Positions 51,301-58,639 of a stretch of DNA of 60,000 nucleotides are shown here, piece by piece. The stretch is taken from contig CM052818.1 of the NCBI GenBank assembly GCA_028534125.1, positions 7,690,001 to 7,750,000 on the forward strand, in the 5' to 3' direction. The stretch comes from Lama glama (taxonomy: Eukaryota). A program made the translations under genes and the position numbers. Numbering within the stretch: position 1 is the stretch's first letter; every line of letters starts with the position of its first letter. The notes below the pieces were generated by a model. It searched no databases, was not told where the DNA came from, and saw only the letters and a program-made list of their open reading frames with translations.

Positions 51301-54300
51301 CCATTTCTAGTAGGACAAGCTGTTTTCAACCTCCTTGTAATCTTAGACCTTTAATCTAACTATGATTTCTTTCCCTAAGTACAAACATTGCAGTTGGCTC
51401 TCTGTATCTGTGGATTCTGCATTTGTGGATATAACCAACCAGGATGTGAAACCCACGGGTATAGAGGGATGACTTACTATGCTGTTTTTCATAAAGGACT
51501 TGAGCATACATGGATTTTGGTATCCACGGGGCATCCTGGGAGCAATTGCCCATGGATACTGAGGGTGGACTGTATCTTGTTAGTCTTCCCTTGCTTGATG
51601 AAAATGGTCCCCTCTAGTCATCTGGCTTTCTTGCTCATTAGACAAAGAGACTATGCCAAAAAAGTGAACTCCTTGGCTGAAGGGGAAAAGTTACATCTTC
51701 AGAGAGAAGATTACAAAAGATACGCAAAGGATTTCTGCCCAGTAGAGCAGACTCTAGGAGTATGCCTGGGGAGTAACATATGGTCTGACAATTAAGCTGA
51801 TACAAAGACTAGACACTGTCTTTCTTGAATCACACTACTTCCTGATATCCTTCAGACTTTCATAAAACATTATTTTACGTGAATCACTCATTTCTGAGAA
51901 TCTCATTGAATTTAGATGTCCTGTAATGATGAAGGGCTCTTTCCCCCTTAATTTCAACCTTATGTAACCTCCTAGTAGTGTCTCTCTTCAGCTTATGATG
52001 TGTTTTGCTAATCAGTTGATAGTTTTATTATCTTTGGGGAACCTTTTGTGACTTACTGATAAACTTTTTAGGAGACATGTTGTTCTTAGAAGCCACAATT
52101 TCTCTTTTATCTCACTAAGAAAATCTGGACTAGGTTCCCTTCATTAATTCAACAATTATAAGGACCTATTACATAATCAGAAACACTGTGTAAGCTTTTT
52201 GTCAGTATTCTGAATTAGCCGAGGAATGGCATATCTACCTTTAGTGAAGATGCTTAGTGAGAATGTCACACAGAGTGACATGCTCGAGCACAAAATTTAA
52301 GAAAGTACCCTTTCTCAGTGTCATGCAGGTGCTTACCTTGTAATTGAACAATGCTAAAATTGAGTGTGTCCTTGATTTTGCACCCTAGGGATTTTCTGTT
52401 TTCTCACTCTAGTCCCTGCTCTGCTGCATTGATAGGTAAAACACATAATTTAACAGTTACCAAGATCAGTATTGATTTTTCTATGCCGAGTCAGTTTGAT
52501 TTTTCTTGTTTTGCGTGCTTACTGAATCATCTTTCTTTTTTTATAGAACTGTATTGCTGTTGATAAGAATTATCCTTGAATATTGCCAGTGTGTGGATAA
52601 TATCCCATCTGTTACTACTGACATGCTTACTCGTCTATCAGATTTATTGAAGGTGTGTATGATTTCAGTCTTATGGTAAAATAGTTGGAAGAAGTAATTC
52701 ATTAGGGTGTGACTAATCTTTCAACTCTAAGACGTTTCAAGGTTAAGGTATCTTTAAGACATTACTTTTGTTACATTCAATTGTGGTTGAATCACAGCAT
52801 GTTATGGAAGAAGGCCGCCTGCTTCCTCACTTAGTGATTCCTCATTACACTTATAGAGTTGTTAATGACATTGGAGACAGGAGATGATTTGTTCGTTAGG
52901 TGCTGAACATGACTGAGGCCACTTAGGTCAAAAAACCTGGACTGGTTTCAAATGTGCATGGAAGGAATTCACTGAACTTTACAAAATTCATCTCACTAAG
53001 GTTAGAGATTTTTCTTAAATCATTTTTCAGAACCATTGATGTAAAATGAAAATGTGGTGATAATTTTATTCAGCCATTTCATATTAACATATTTTTAACT
53101 GCTAGCTTAGAGAAAAGACTTAATTTTTCTTAAATGTCTATAATCTATCAGTTAATTCTATCCCGAAATTAAGTTGTCGTATTTTAGTCCAGAAAGATTT
53201 TGTTACCCTTTTGAAAATAGGACTGTCCAATTAGAAAGACTGAAACAACTAGTTTGTGAATGTAAATTAAAGATTAATTTCTGAACAGTTGCTTTTTAGA
53301 ATTTCTCAACATTTTCCCTACCAGACTGTAAATATTATTTAGGAATACCCCTTGCCTTTTTTTTTTTTCCTGTCATTACATAAACAGATCCTAATTGCTC
53401 TTACTAGAAAAATTTATTTGCTCCTTGAATGAGAGGAAAGAGGAATGTATTTTTAGAATTAACACATTGCCAGCATATAACGAATAGTTTTTAATTAACT
53501 TTTGGGTTTTTTTCTCTCCTTCCTTTGTTAGTACTTCAATTCAAGAAGTTGCCAGTTAGTTCTTGGAGCTGGTGCACTGCAAGTTGTTGGACTGAAAACA
53601 ATAACTACAAAAAATTTAGGTATGGATTCTTGCATTTAATTCACATGCTGAGGCGTTGTAGTGATGTTACTATACTTATTTTTTTAACGAAAGGTTCTAA
53701 AAGTAGCAATGTTACTTCACTTTTTTATGCATTACAATAATTGAAAAAATTAATTTCCCCACAACATTCTGGAGAAATGTTATGGGGAATTTCTACTCTG
53801 ATAAGTATAAGTTAATAGAAAGTTTTACTACTATAGAAAATGTTAAAATACAACATGCATGAAGTACATATGTATGTATGAGGTAAATGGTATCTGAATG
53901 TCAGAAGAGAATCAGTTGTCCCACTAGCTTCCTCATGCTAGTAACACAACTTGAGTCCATTAGGAAAAGCAGCATATTCATTGCATTATTCAGTACCAAA
54001 CAATTTTCTTAAACAAAATGAAATATGTTGCTTTCTACCACTGTGTTCTTCATTTATGAAATAAATGTATAAAATTTATTGACATTTTTGGCTTAATTTG
54101 ATATGTATTTAAAGCCTCTAATATCCTTTTTTGTTTCTCCATGATACATCCACCTCCTGGATCTTCAGCTCTTTCTTCACGCTGTTTGCAGCTAATTGTG
54201 CACTACATTCCCGTGATCCGGGCTCATTTTGAAGCTCGACTGCAGCCTAAGCAATACAGCATGCTTAGGCATTTTGATCATATCACTAAGGTAGCTTTAC

Positions 54301-54484
54301 ATATATTTTCTACTGGAATTTCATAAATTTAATTCCCTAATTGTTAAGTATTTTTTAGATGTGTCCCAGGGACTTTAAAATACAATGTTATTTCTCATTG
54401 TAGGACTATCACGACCACATAGCTGAAATATCAGCTAAGCTTGTAGCGATAATGGATGGCTTATTTGACAAGCTGTTGTCTAAG
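9880..54484 (+). CDS. VPS54: Vacuolar protein sorting-associated protein 54 (GARP complex subunit); multi-exon CDS, 3'-incomplete in window (19 coding exons, 2625 nt, 875 aa)
   Basis: The spliced translation starts [46 protein letters not shown] and ends ...[18 protein letters not shown] recognise this as mammalian VPS54. All introns are GT-AG and exon phases are mutually compatible with no in-frame stop. Confidence 0.98.
10269..10894 (+). mobile_element. TcMar-Tigger non-autonomous element (MER82-like)
   Basis: ...TTTGCAAATTTGCCTACT...TTTGTAACCCCCAAATC...GGTCTATTTAGTGCCAC... ending AATAATGAGAACCAACTG; near full length. Confidence 0.8.
11376..11617 (+). CDS. VPS54: VPS54 exon 3 (CDS 137-378)
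   Basis: tttttgcag|GT...TCTCAG|gtaata; encodes (G)[52 protein letters not shown]...QQEISQ. Confidence 0.96.
12165..12445 (-). mobile_element. L1 3' terminal fragment (L1MA-like)
   Basis: ttgaaatataattga...tctcttagcaaccttcaaatattc...tattactaactatagtcatcatgct...ttataactgaaagtttgta. Confidence 0.75.
12970..14570 (+). mobile_element. Degenerate L1 ORF2 5' part (endonuclease region), sense to VPS54
   Basis: The region around 13150-13260 translates to a decayed L1 endonuclease start (SIIMLNVN...PLKG / [11 protein letters not shown]). A-rich, with multiple stops and frameshifts. Confidence 0.85.
14590..14725. mobile_element. hAT MITE (MER91A-like) with 8-bp TSD
   Basis: Imperfect long terminal inverted repeats CAAGGCCAGTAGT...GAGGCAA / TTGCCTCACCCTACTGCCAGCCCTG. 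Flanks GTGGAGGA (14582-14589) and GTGGAGTA (14726-14733). Confidence 0.8.
14820..15190 (+). mobile_element. Old L1 5'UTR/ORF1 fragments
   Basis: The remnant ataatggccgaaaacttccaaattta (IMAENFQ, ORF1 ENFP-like motif) is followed by gataaacccaaagaaatcc. Confidence 0.55.
15920..16690. mobile_element. Mosaic of L1 fragments in both orientations
   Basis: Plus-strand ORF2 3' remnants at about 15920-16230 and 16553-16690 are interrupted by minus-strand L1 pieces at about 16240-16550. Confidence 0.7.
17236..17314 (+). CDS. VPS54: VPS54 exon 4 (CDS 379-457)
   Basis: ttttattag|AGA...CATG|gtatga; encodes [26 protein letters not shown]. Confidence 0.95.
17490..19450 (-). mobile_element. Long L2 LINE remnant, containing the 19060-19229 simple repeat
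   Basis: L2 motifs: agatcacaaagagccttgtgtgccatgctaaggagttt, aagatgactcccaaatttcttgcttgggcagctgg, gagctcaggagagatttaggctggaga. Confidence 0.75.
19060..19229 (+). repeat. Polypyrimidine compound microsatellite (TTTC)n/(CTTC)14
   Basis: About 170 bp almost free of purines; perfect (CTTC)14 at 19171-19226. Confidence 0.97.
19859..19893 (+). CDS. VPS54: VPS54 exon 5 (35 nt; CDS 458-492)
   Basis: Long pyrimidine tract then aaatag|AT...AAG|gtaaca; encodes (D)[11 protein letters not shown] and restores phase between exons 4 and 6. Confidence 0.94.
20981..21112 (+). CDS. VPS54: VPS54 exon 6 (CDS 493-624)
   Basis: ttttaatag|ATT...AAG|gtaatt; encodes [44 protein letters not shown]. Confidence 0.96.
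23575..23855 (+). mobile_element. MIR SINE with embedded (TA)n
   Basis: gacctgggttcaaat...tctgagcctctgttacctcatctgtaaaatga; AT repeat at about 23760-23804. Confidence 0.8.
24257..24642 (+). CDS. VPS54: VPS54 exon 7 (CDS 625-1010), predicted N-terminal coiled-coil region
   Basis: ccctcttaag|CTG...TTCCG|gtatgt; encodes [37 protein letters not shown]...ELQGIHSF(R); overlaps ORF 24278..24658. Confidence 0.97.
26960..28340 (-). mobile_element. Old L1 (L1MC-like) 3' region
   Basis: Motifs aaggagccctagtttcttttagtaggaaatggtattagaaa and gttagatttaaaggcttgatcagatt; related to the 4440-6500 copy. Confidence 0.65.
28364..28588 (-). mobile_element. MER112-like hAT-Charlie MITE
   Basis: atgcattctgaattggggatatcacccc...ggtttgtggccctccaaagagcca...aaaaacaggttgagaaact. 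Confidence 0.75.
30030..30713 (-). mobile_element. Relatively young L1 3' fragment, antisense, ending about 50 nt before exon 8
   Basis: Well-preserved L1 ORF2-end/3'UTR complement (gatagccattctgaccagtgtgaggtgatacctcatt...ttttgatttgcatttctctaat). Confidence 0.9.
30297..30340 (+). repeat. (GT)22 microsatellite inside L1
   Basis: Perfect GT run of 44 nt. Confidence 0.97.
30766..30892 (+). CDS. VPS54: VPS54 exon 8 (CDS 1011-1137)
   Basis: ctttgtag|G...GAG|gtatgt; encodes [42 protein letters not shown]. Confidence 0.96.
31759..31866 (+). CDS. VPS54: VPS54 exon 9 (CDS 1138-1245)
   Basis: ttttaatag|GAA...CAG|gtaatt; encodes [36 protein letters not shown]. Confidence 0.96.
32300..32900 (+). mobile_element. 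Old L1 (L1ME-like) 3' end
   Basis: cagcaattctacttctagg...ctgtatgattccactta...aaaattaatctatggtattagaaatcaggatag. Confidence 0.7.
33301..33356 (+). CDS. VPS54: VPS54 exon 10 (CDS 1246-1301)
   Basis: ttttgcag|TGT...GTAAA|gtaagt; encodes [18 protein letters not shown](K). Confidence 0.95.
34490..34735 (-). mobile_element. MIR SINE
   Basis: cccatttaagatgagaaaatt...ggttaaatcacttgcccacagtcatacaactagtaagt...cttgaaccaaggcagtgtggctc. Confidence 0.8.
35163..35259 (+). CDS. VPS54: VPS54 exon 11 (CDS 1302-1398)
   Basis: ttttctag|G...AAG|gtaagc; encodes [32 protein letters not shown]. Confidence 0.96.
37325..38790 (-). mobile_element. L1 (L1MB-like) 3' end, about 1.45 kb
   Basis: Same 3'UTR type as 2670-3395. 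Minus ORF 38572..38754 resembles L1 ORF2 ([22 protein letters not shown]). Confidence 0.9.
39340..39860 (+). mobile_element. MaLR LTR remnant (MLT1J/K/L-like)
   Basis: aatgtattgactt...gaaatagtcca..., gactgggc...taggtcacatatgc, aatgccatgcactgattgg; degenerate. Confidence 0.5.
40015..40175 (+). mobile_element. Severely 5'-truncated L1 (last ~160 nt plus A-rich tail)
   Basis: caacagggtcctcctgtatagcacaggga...aatcaactatacatcaattaaaaaa; same terminus as the 57485-58261 element; imperfect TSD aaaagcatcagtgatg / aaaagcagtggtg. Confidence 0.85.
40315..40690 (+). mobile_element. MaLR LTR remnant (MLT1K/L-like)
   Basis: tgtatcatttagagtgcttttagttacaaataacaggaaac...ttaaacaattaaggggatttattagctcata. Confidence 0.6.
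40750..41170 (-). mobile_element. L2 3' fragment
   Basis: tatttattaagtacctcctacatgcc...ggtcagagaaggcctcttcgaggaagtgacattt...cattccaggcagagggaacagc. Confidence 0.8.
41540..41880 (+). CDS. VPS54: VPS54 exon 12 (CDS 1399-1739), includes a Ser/acidic low-complexity segment
   Basis: ttcttgtag|GCA...ATTAT|gtgagt; encodes [31 protein letters not shown]...[11 protein letters not shown](M). Confidence 0.96.
43550..44090 (-). mobile_element. L1 (L1MB-like) 3' end
   Basis: acatttaccatcttagccatttctaagtgcacag...gaagtagaattgctggatcat. Confidence 0.85.
45551..45680 (+). CDS. VPS54: VPS54 exon 13 (CDS 1740-1869)
   Basis: cattttcag|G...AAG|gttagt; encodes [43 protein letters not shown]. Confidence 0.96.
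46297..46478 (+). CDS. VPS54: VPS54 exon 14 (CDS 1870-2051)
   Basis: aatttag|GAT...CTCAG|gtattt; encodes [60 protein letters not shown](S). Confidence 0.96.
47070..47182 (+). CDS. VPS54: VPS54 exon 15 (CDS 2052-2164)
   Basis: ttttgaatag|C...GGGG|gtatgt; encodes [37 protein letters not shown]. Confidence 0.96.
47340..47570 (-). mobile_element. MIR SINE
   Basis: atattgagtgttaatcatatgccagacactg...cctcacaacaaccta...ggggttaagg. Confidence 0.65.
48850..49085 (-). mobile_element. MIR SINE
   Basis: ggaaactgaggcat...gttaagcaacttgcctaaggttacatagctag...gagctgggatccaaaatcaggcag. Confidence 0.8.
49937..50000 (+). CDS. VPS54: VPS54 exon 16 (CDS 2165-2228)
   Basis: tttctag|CT...TTGG|gtgagt; encodes (A)[20 protein letters not shown](G). 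Confidence 0.95.
50335..50570 (+). mobile_element. MIR SINE
   Basis: ctctggagtcagactgcttagatttgaatctcagc...tgtgaccttgggcag...ctgtgtgcctcagttcc. Confidence 0.8.
51391..51572 (+). mobile_element. Short Tigger/MER2-like MITE
   Basis: TIRs CAGTTGGCTCTCTGTATCTGTGG and CCATGGATACTGAGGGTGGACTG followed by TA; internal aaggacttgagcatacatggattttggtatcc is typical of MER2. Confidence 0.75.
52547..52652 (+). CDS. VPS54: VPS54 exon 17 (CDS 2229-2334), Vps54 domain region
   Basis: tttttatag|A...AAG|gtgtgt; encodes [35 protein letters not shown]. Confidence 0.95.
53532..53619 (+). CDS. VPS54: VPS54 exon 18 (CDS 2335-2422)
   Basis: cctttgttag|TAC...TTAG|gtatgg; encodes the hallmark Vps54 motif [29 protein letters not shown]. 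Confidence 0.97.
54169..54290 (+). CDS. VPS54: VPS54 exon 19 (CDS 2423-2544)
   Basis: atcttcag|CT...AAG|gtagct; encodes (A)[40 protein letters not shown]. Confidence 0.96.
54404..54484 (+). CDS. VPS54: VPS54 exon 20 (CDS 2545-2625)
   Basis: cattgtag|GAC...AAG|gtaatg; encodes [27 protein letters not shown]; preceded by a 113-nt intron. Confidence 0.96.
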
Positions 54485-55339
54485 GTAATGGTTTATGGAA
54501 AATATCAGGCTTTGCTTGAAAGCATTGTGACTTTTCACAGTTGTCTAACAAATCAGATTCTTCAGGATTTAGGAAGAAAACACAATGGAATATTCAGATT
54601 ACCCAAATAGTTGATGTTCATCTGCTTAAGGGACTTGGAAATGGGGTTGGGAGTAGATGATTTCAAGGATTGTAGAGACCCCATGCAGAAGTAATTTTAC
54701 ATTAGCTGCACTGAAAGTTATGTATTTTCTTCATATTTTAGTGTGAAAGCCTTCCAGAGGCAGAACTGAGAAAATAAAGATCAAAATAGGAAAAAAATTA
54801 AATAAATTATTTTTGATAAAGATAAACTTTATTTTCTAGGCTAAAAAGGCAGAACCTGAGGTACTCTGTTATTTCTCTCATAGATACTCAATTTCAATAT
54901 TTGTTTCTAATTTGCTTCCCATCCCAAATAGTTCATTAAAAAGAACACTGTTTTCCAAAGAATTCTCAATTACACTGGGAGGGTATCTTCAGAAAAATGT
55001 CACTTAATCAGCCCTAGTCACTTTGGCCCTATCCCTCACTCTTTGCTTTCTCTAAATTCTTCAATACATGCTTTAAGGAAAAAGCAGAAATTTCATAACT
55101 TGAAAGTTTGAAGGTTTATTTAGTTTATACTTTTGCCCCAGAATGTGTTTAGAGTAATCTTATAAAAGGCAAGGCACTTTGATATGCTTTTCCTTCTATG
55201 TGGATCCTTCAGATTCTGAGATGGCAAGAGCAGCAGGCGCATAAAAAAAGGATAAGATGAGGTGGTGCCCACTGACACAACAAACCTTTGAAGCTGACAA
55301 TGAAAAAGGAATGATTAGAAAATAAGATTGCATTTGTTT

Positions 55340-55677
55340 AATGTCATAAATTTTCAAACATTTTGGTTATAGACCCCTTTACACTTAAAAATAATTGAGG
55401 ACCTCAAAGAGTTTTTGTTTGTACAAAGTATACCTATCAGTAAGTACCATATTAAAAATTAAAACTAAAAAATTTTAAAACACAAGAATATATAAACATT
55501 CGATTAGCCTTCAGAATGATGCCATCTAAAAATCCCCACTATTCAGTCATGTGAGACTGAGAGTGAAAAAGATAATACCATCTTAGTATTATTATGAAAA
55601 TGGTTTTTACCTCATAGATTCCCTGAAAGAGTTTTTGACTCCCAGGTGTCCCCAGACCATACTTTTAGGACCGCTAG
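55340..55677. mobile_element. hAT-Charlie (Charlie1-like) deletion derivative
   Basis: gacccctttacacttaaaaataattgaggacctcaaagag...catcttagtattattatgaaaat...ccccagaccatactttt. Confidence 0.65.
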
Positions 55678-57484
55678 TGTAGTTAATAGATAACATAGAT
55701 GTTTTGTGCCTCTCTTTTAAGAACTTTAAGGAATTTATAATTACGTGCAAACATACGTATATTATGTTTTGCCCTCGAAGTTTCTAGTTTTGTATGGAGA
55801 AAAATCATTGCTGTTTAGAAATTCTCTATATTCTTCATGTTTCAGCTTCATGGTTGGACTTCATTCAACTTCATGATTGCCAAGTACAAGCTAAATTTAA
55901 AAGTAGTTCTGTTCCACCAGTTTCCTTTTTGATATATGGCATTCTTCTGTGTACCAAAAGTCAGTAAATGCGCTGTGACTATCCTCAAGAAGTTTACTGT
56001 CAAACAAGGTAGAGGACAGTAAACACCTCACAATGTAGAATAAGGCAAACGCCAAGTAGTGAAACTAGTTATAAGCTGTGGAATATAACGAAGCAAAACT
56101 GGAAAAGTGCCAGTACTCTTAAAACCCTAACTTTATTCTATCATGTTGGTGATCCAGGATTTTTGAACAAGAATTGGGACTATGGCTAGACTTTTTCCCG
56201 TGACCACTCGTTTTATTCTTTTTTCTTTCTTTCTTTTTCGTAAAGAAAAATAAAGGGCATTATTTAATGAGCTTCCCATGTACTTATCACCTATATTTAA
56301 TAGTCATTAACATGTCTTTTAAGTAAAATGTCATTAACGTTTTTCTTTTATTACTAAAATGTTTCATAGTAAATTCGAGGCACTATGATATTTCATATCT
56401 AAATATTTAAGTATATATTTCTAAAAACTAAGGATACTTTTTTATATGATCACACTACCATATCACACCTAACAAAATTAACAATAATTCTTTAATATCA
56501 TCTAATACTTATTCCTATTTTAAACTCATCAATTGTCCCAAAATATTCTTTTTCACAATAACTTATTTGAAATAATTCAATATGATCTGTGTATTGAATT
56601 TGGTTATTATGTTTCTTAACTCTTTTATAAACTTCAGACGCCATTTTTGATATCTTTTTTTTTTTTTTTGATCTCAAGTATGTGCCTAGACATTTGCAAC
56701 GTAGTGTTTTCTCCACTACCTTACCCGCTGATGACTGTTCCTGTTACCCTGACATATTGCATTCTCCCTGTATTACCATGTCTCTCTCTACCACTCTCTG
56801 CTCTACTTGCTTTCATGGGTTGTCCTGGAGTTTGGCTCTGTTTTTAATTCATACCAGAATAGCAGACAGTGTTTGATTTACCTTAGCTTCTCAATTTTCA
56901 GCTTTTCATTTTCTTAACTCTGGAGTTTTAATTTGACGAAAGAAGGATAATGCAATAATAAAATATAGGCTGATTCTAAGAAGTTAATAGGTCAGTGTAC
57001 CATTCCTTGAGTAGAATGAAGCGTTAACATCTAGTTGTATTATTGGCTGGACTAATGTTCCAGCCACCATTCATTCATTCATTCAGTTAGATTGTGTTAG
57101 ATAACAGGGATACACAAGGGTGAAGAAGCCTTTGATCTTGTCCTCAAATAGTAAAATACTTAATAGGAAAATCATATTAGTAACTGACAGGAGGTAGAAT
57201 ATGTAAAGTGTCATAAGTAAGGAATCGATTCAGTGCTATTAGAGTTTTTAATGTTTTGAAAGAGATGGTTTCCAGCTGGGGAGGGTGATCTGGGAAAGCT
57301 TTTATGGATGAGACATGCGTATTAGTTTTGCTTTTAAAGATAGGTACAATTAGGGCAAATGAAGTTGAGGCGGAAAGATACTCTGAGGTAACAGCATGAA
57401 GCAGATATGCTGGTAGGAATCATAAGAAGGAAGCTTATCAGGTTTTCGGGTCGGGTAGACTTAAGTTCAAATTCCATGTTTGTC

Positions 57485-58261
57485 TATAGTGAGGTATCAG
57501 CTCACGCTGGTCAGAATGACCATCATTAAAAAGTCCACAAACGAGAAATGCTAGAGAGGGTATAGAGAAAAGGGAGCCCTCCTACACTGTTAGTGAATGT
57601 AATTTGGTGCAGCCGTTGTGGAAAACAGTATGGAGATTCTGTAAAAAACTAAAAAGAGAGTTACCATATGGTCCAGCAATTCCACTCCTGTGCACATATT
57701 AGGAAAAAACTCTTAATTTGAAAAAATACATGTACACCAAATTTCATAGCAGCACTATTTACAATAGCCAACACATGGGAACAACCTAAATGTCTATCAA
57801 CAGATGATTGGATAAAGAAGTTGTGGTATAAATGTATAATGGAATACTACCCAGCCATAAAAAAGAATGAAATAATGCCATTTGCAGCAACATAAATGAA
57901 CCTAGAAATTATCATACTAAGTAAAATAAAACAGATGAAGACAAATGTCATATGATGTCACATATATATGGGACACAAATGAACTTATTTACAAAACGGA
58001 AACAGGCAATAGAAAACAAACTTATGGTTACCAAAGGAGAAAGAGAGGGAGAGGGATAAACTAGGAGTTGGGGATTAGCAGATACAAACTACTGGAAACA
58101 AAATAGATAAATGTCAGGATCATACTGTATAGCACAAAAAACTATATTTAATGATTTGTAATAACCTATAATGAAAAAGAATATATATAAAATGAATCAC
58201 TGTGCTGTAGACCAGAAACTAACACAACATTGGAAATAAACTATGCTTCAATAAAAAAGAA
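57485..58261 (+). mobile_element. 5'-truncated relatively young L1 with A-tail and 16-bp TSD, inserted into a MIR
   Basis: L1 ORF2 end plus 3'UTR ending caataaaaaagaaaa. TSD AAATTCCATGTTTGTC (57469-57484) / AAATTACATGTTTGTC (58262-58277). MIR-like sequence continues on both sides. Confidence 0.92.
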
Positions 58262-58639
58262 AAATTACATGTTTGTCACAGATCAGCCATTGAAGGACCT
58301 TGGGCAAATTATTAATCTCCTTAAATGGGGGATAACAAGTTATTAATTATTAATAACAAATTATTGATCTCCTCTAAATATGGATACTAACAAAGCCTCA
58401 TAAGGTTGTAGTGAGGATTTATGAGATAATATATGTAGAGCACTTTTCTTTTATCATGTATCTGACTATAGCCAGTTCCAGTAAGTGACTGCTAATGCTT
58501 TTGCTGTTGTTATTAATAATAACAAAAGTTAAGTAATTCCATTTAGCTAATGTACTAGGGTGTGTAGACCAAGGAATGGGATATATGTTGGAAAGATAGT
58601 AGAGAGTTTTGACTCTGAGTGGAGAGCTAAGCAGTTTAA

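Noticed and set aside
51388..51795. 135-aa ORF, the longest non-VPS54 ORF in the track
   Set aside because: It has a non-ATG start and its first half is the MER2-like MITE. It shows no recognisable protein features or splice context.
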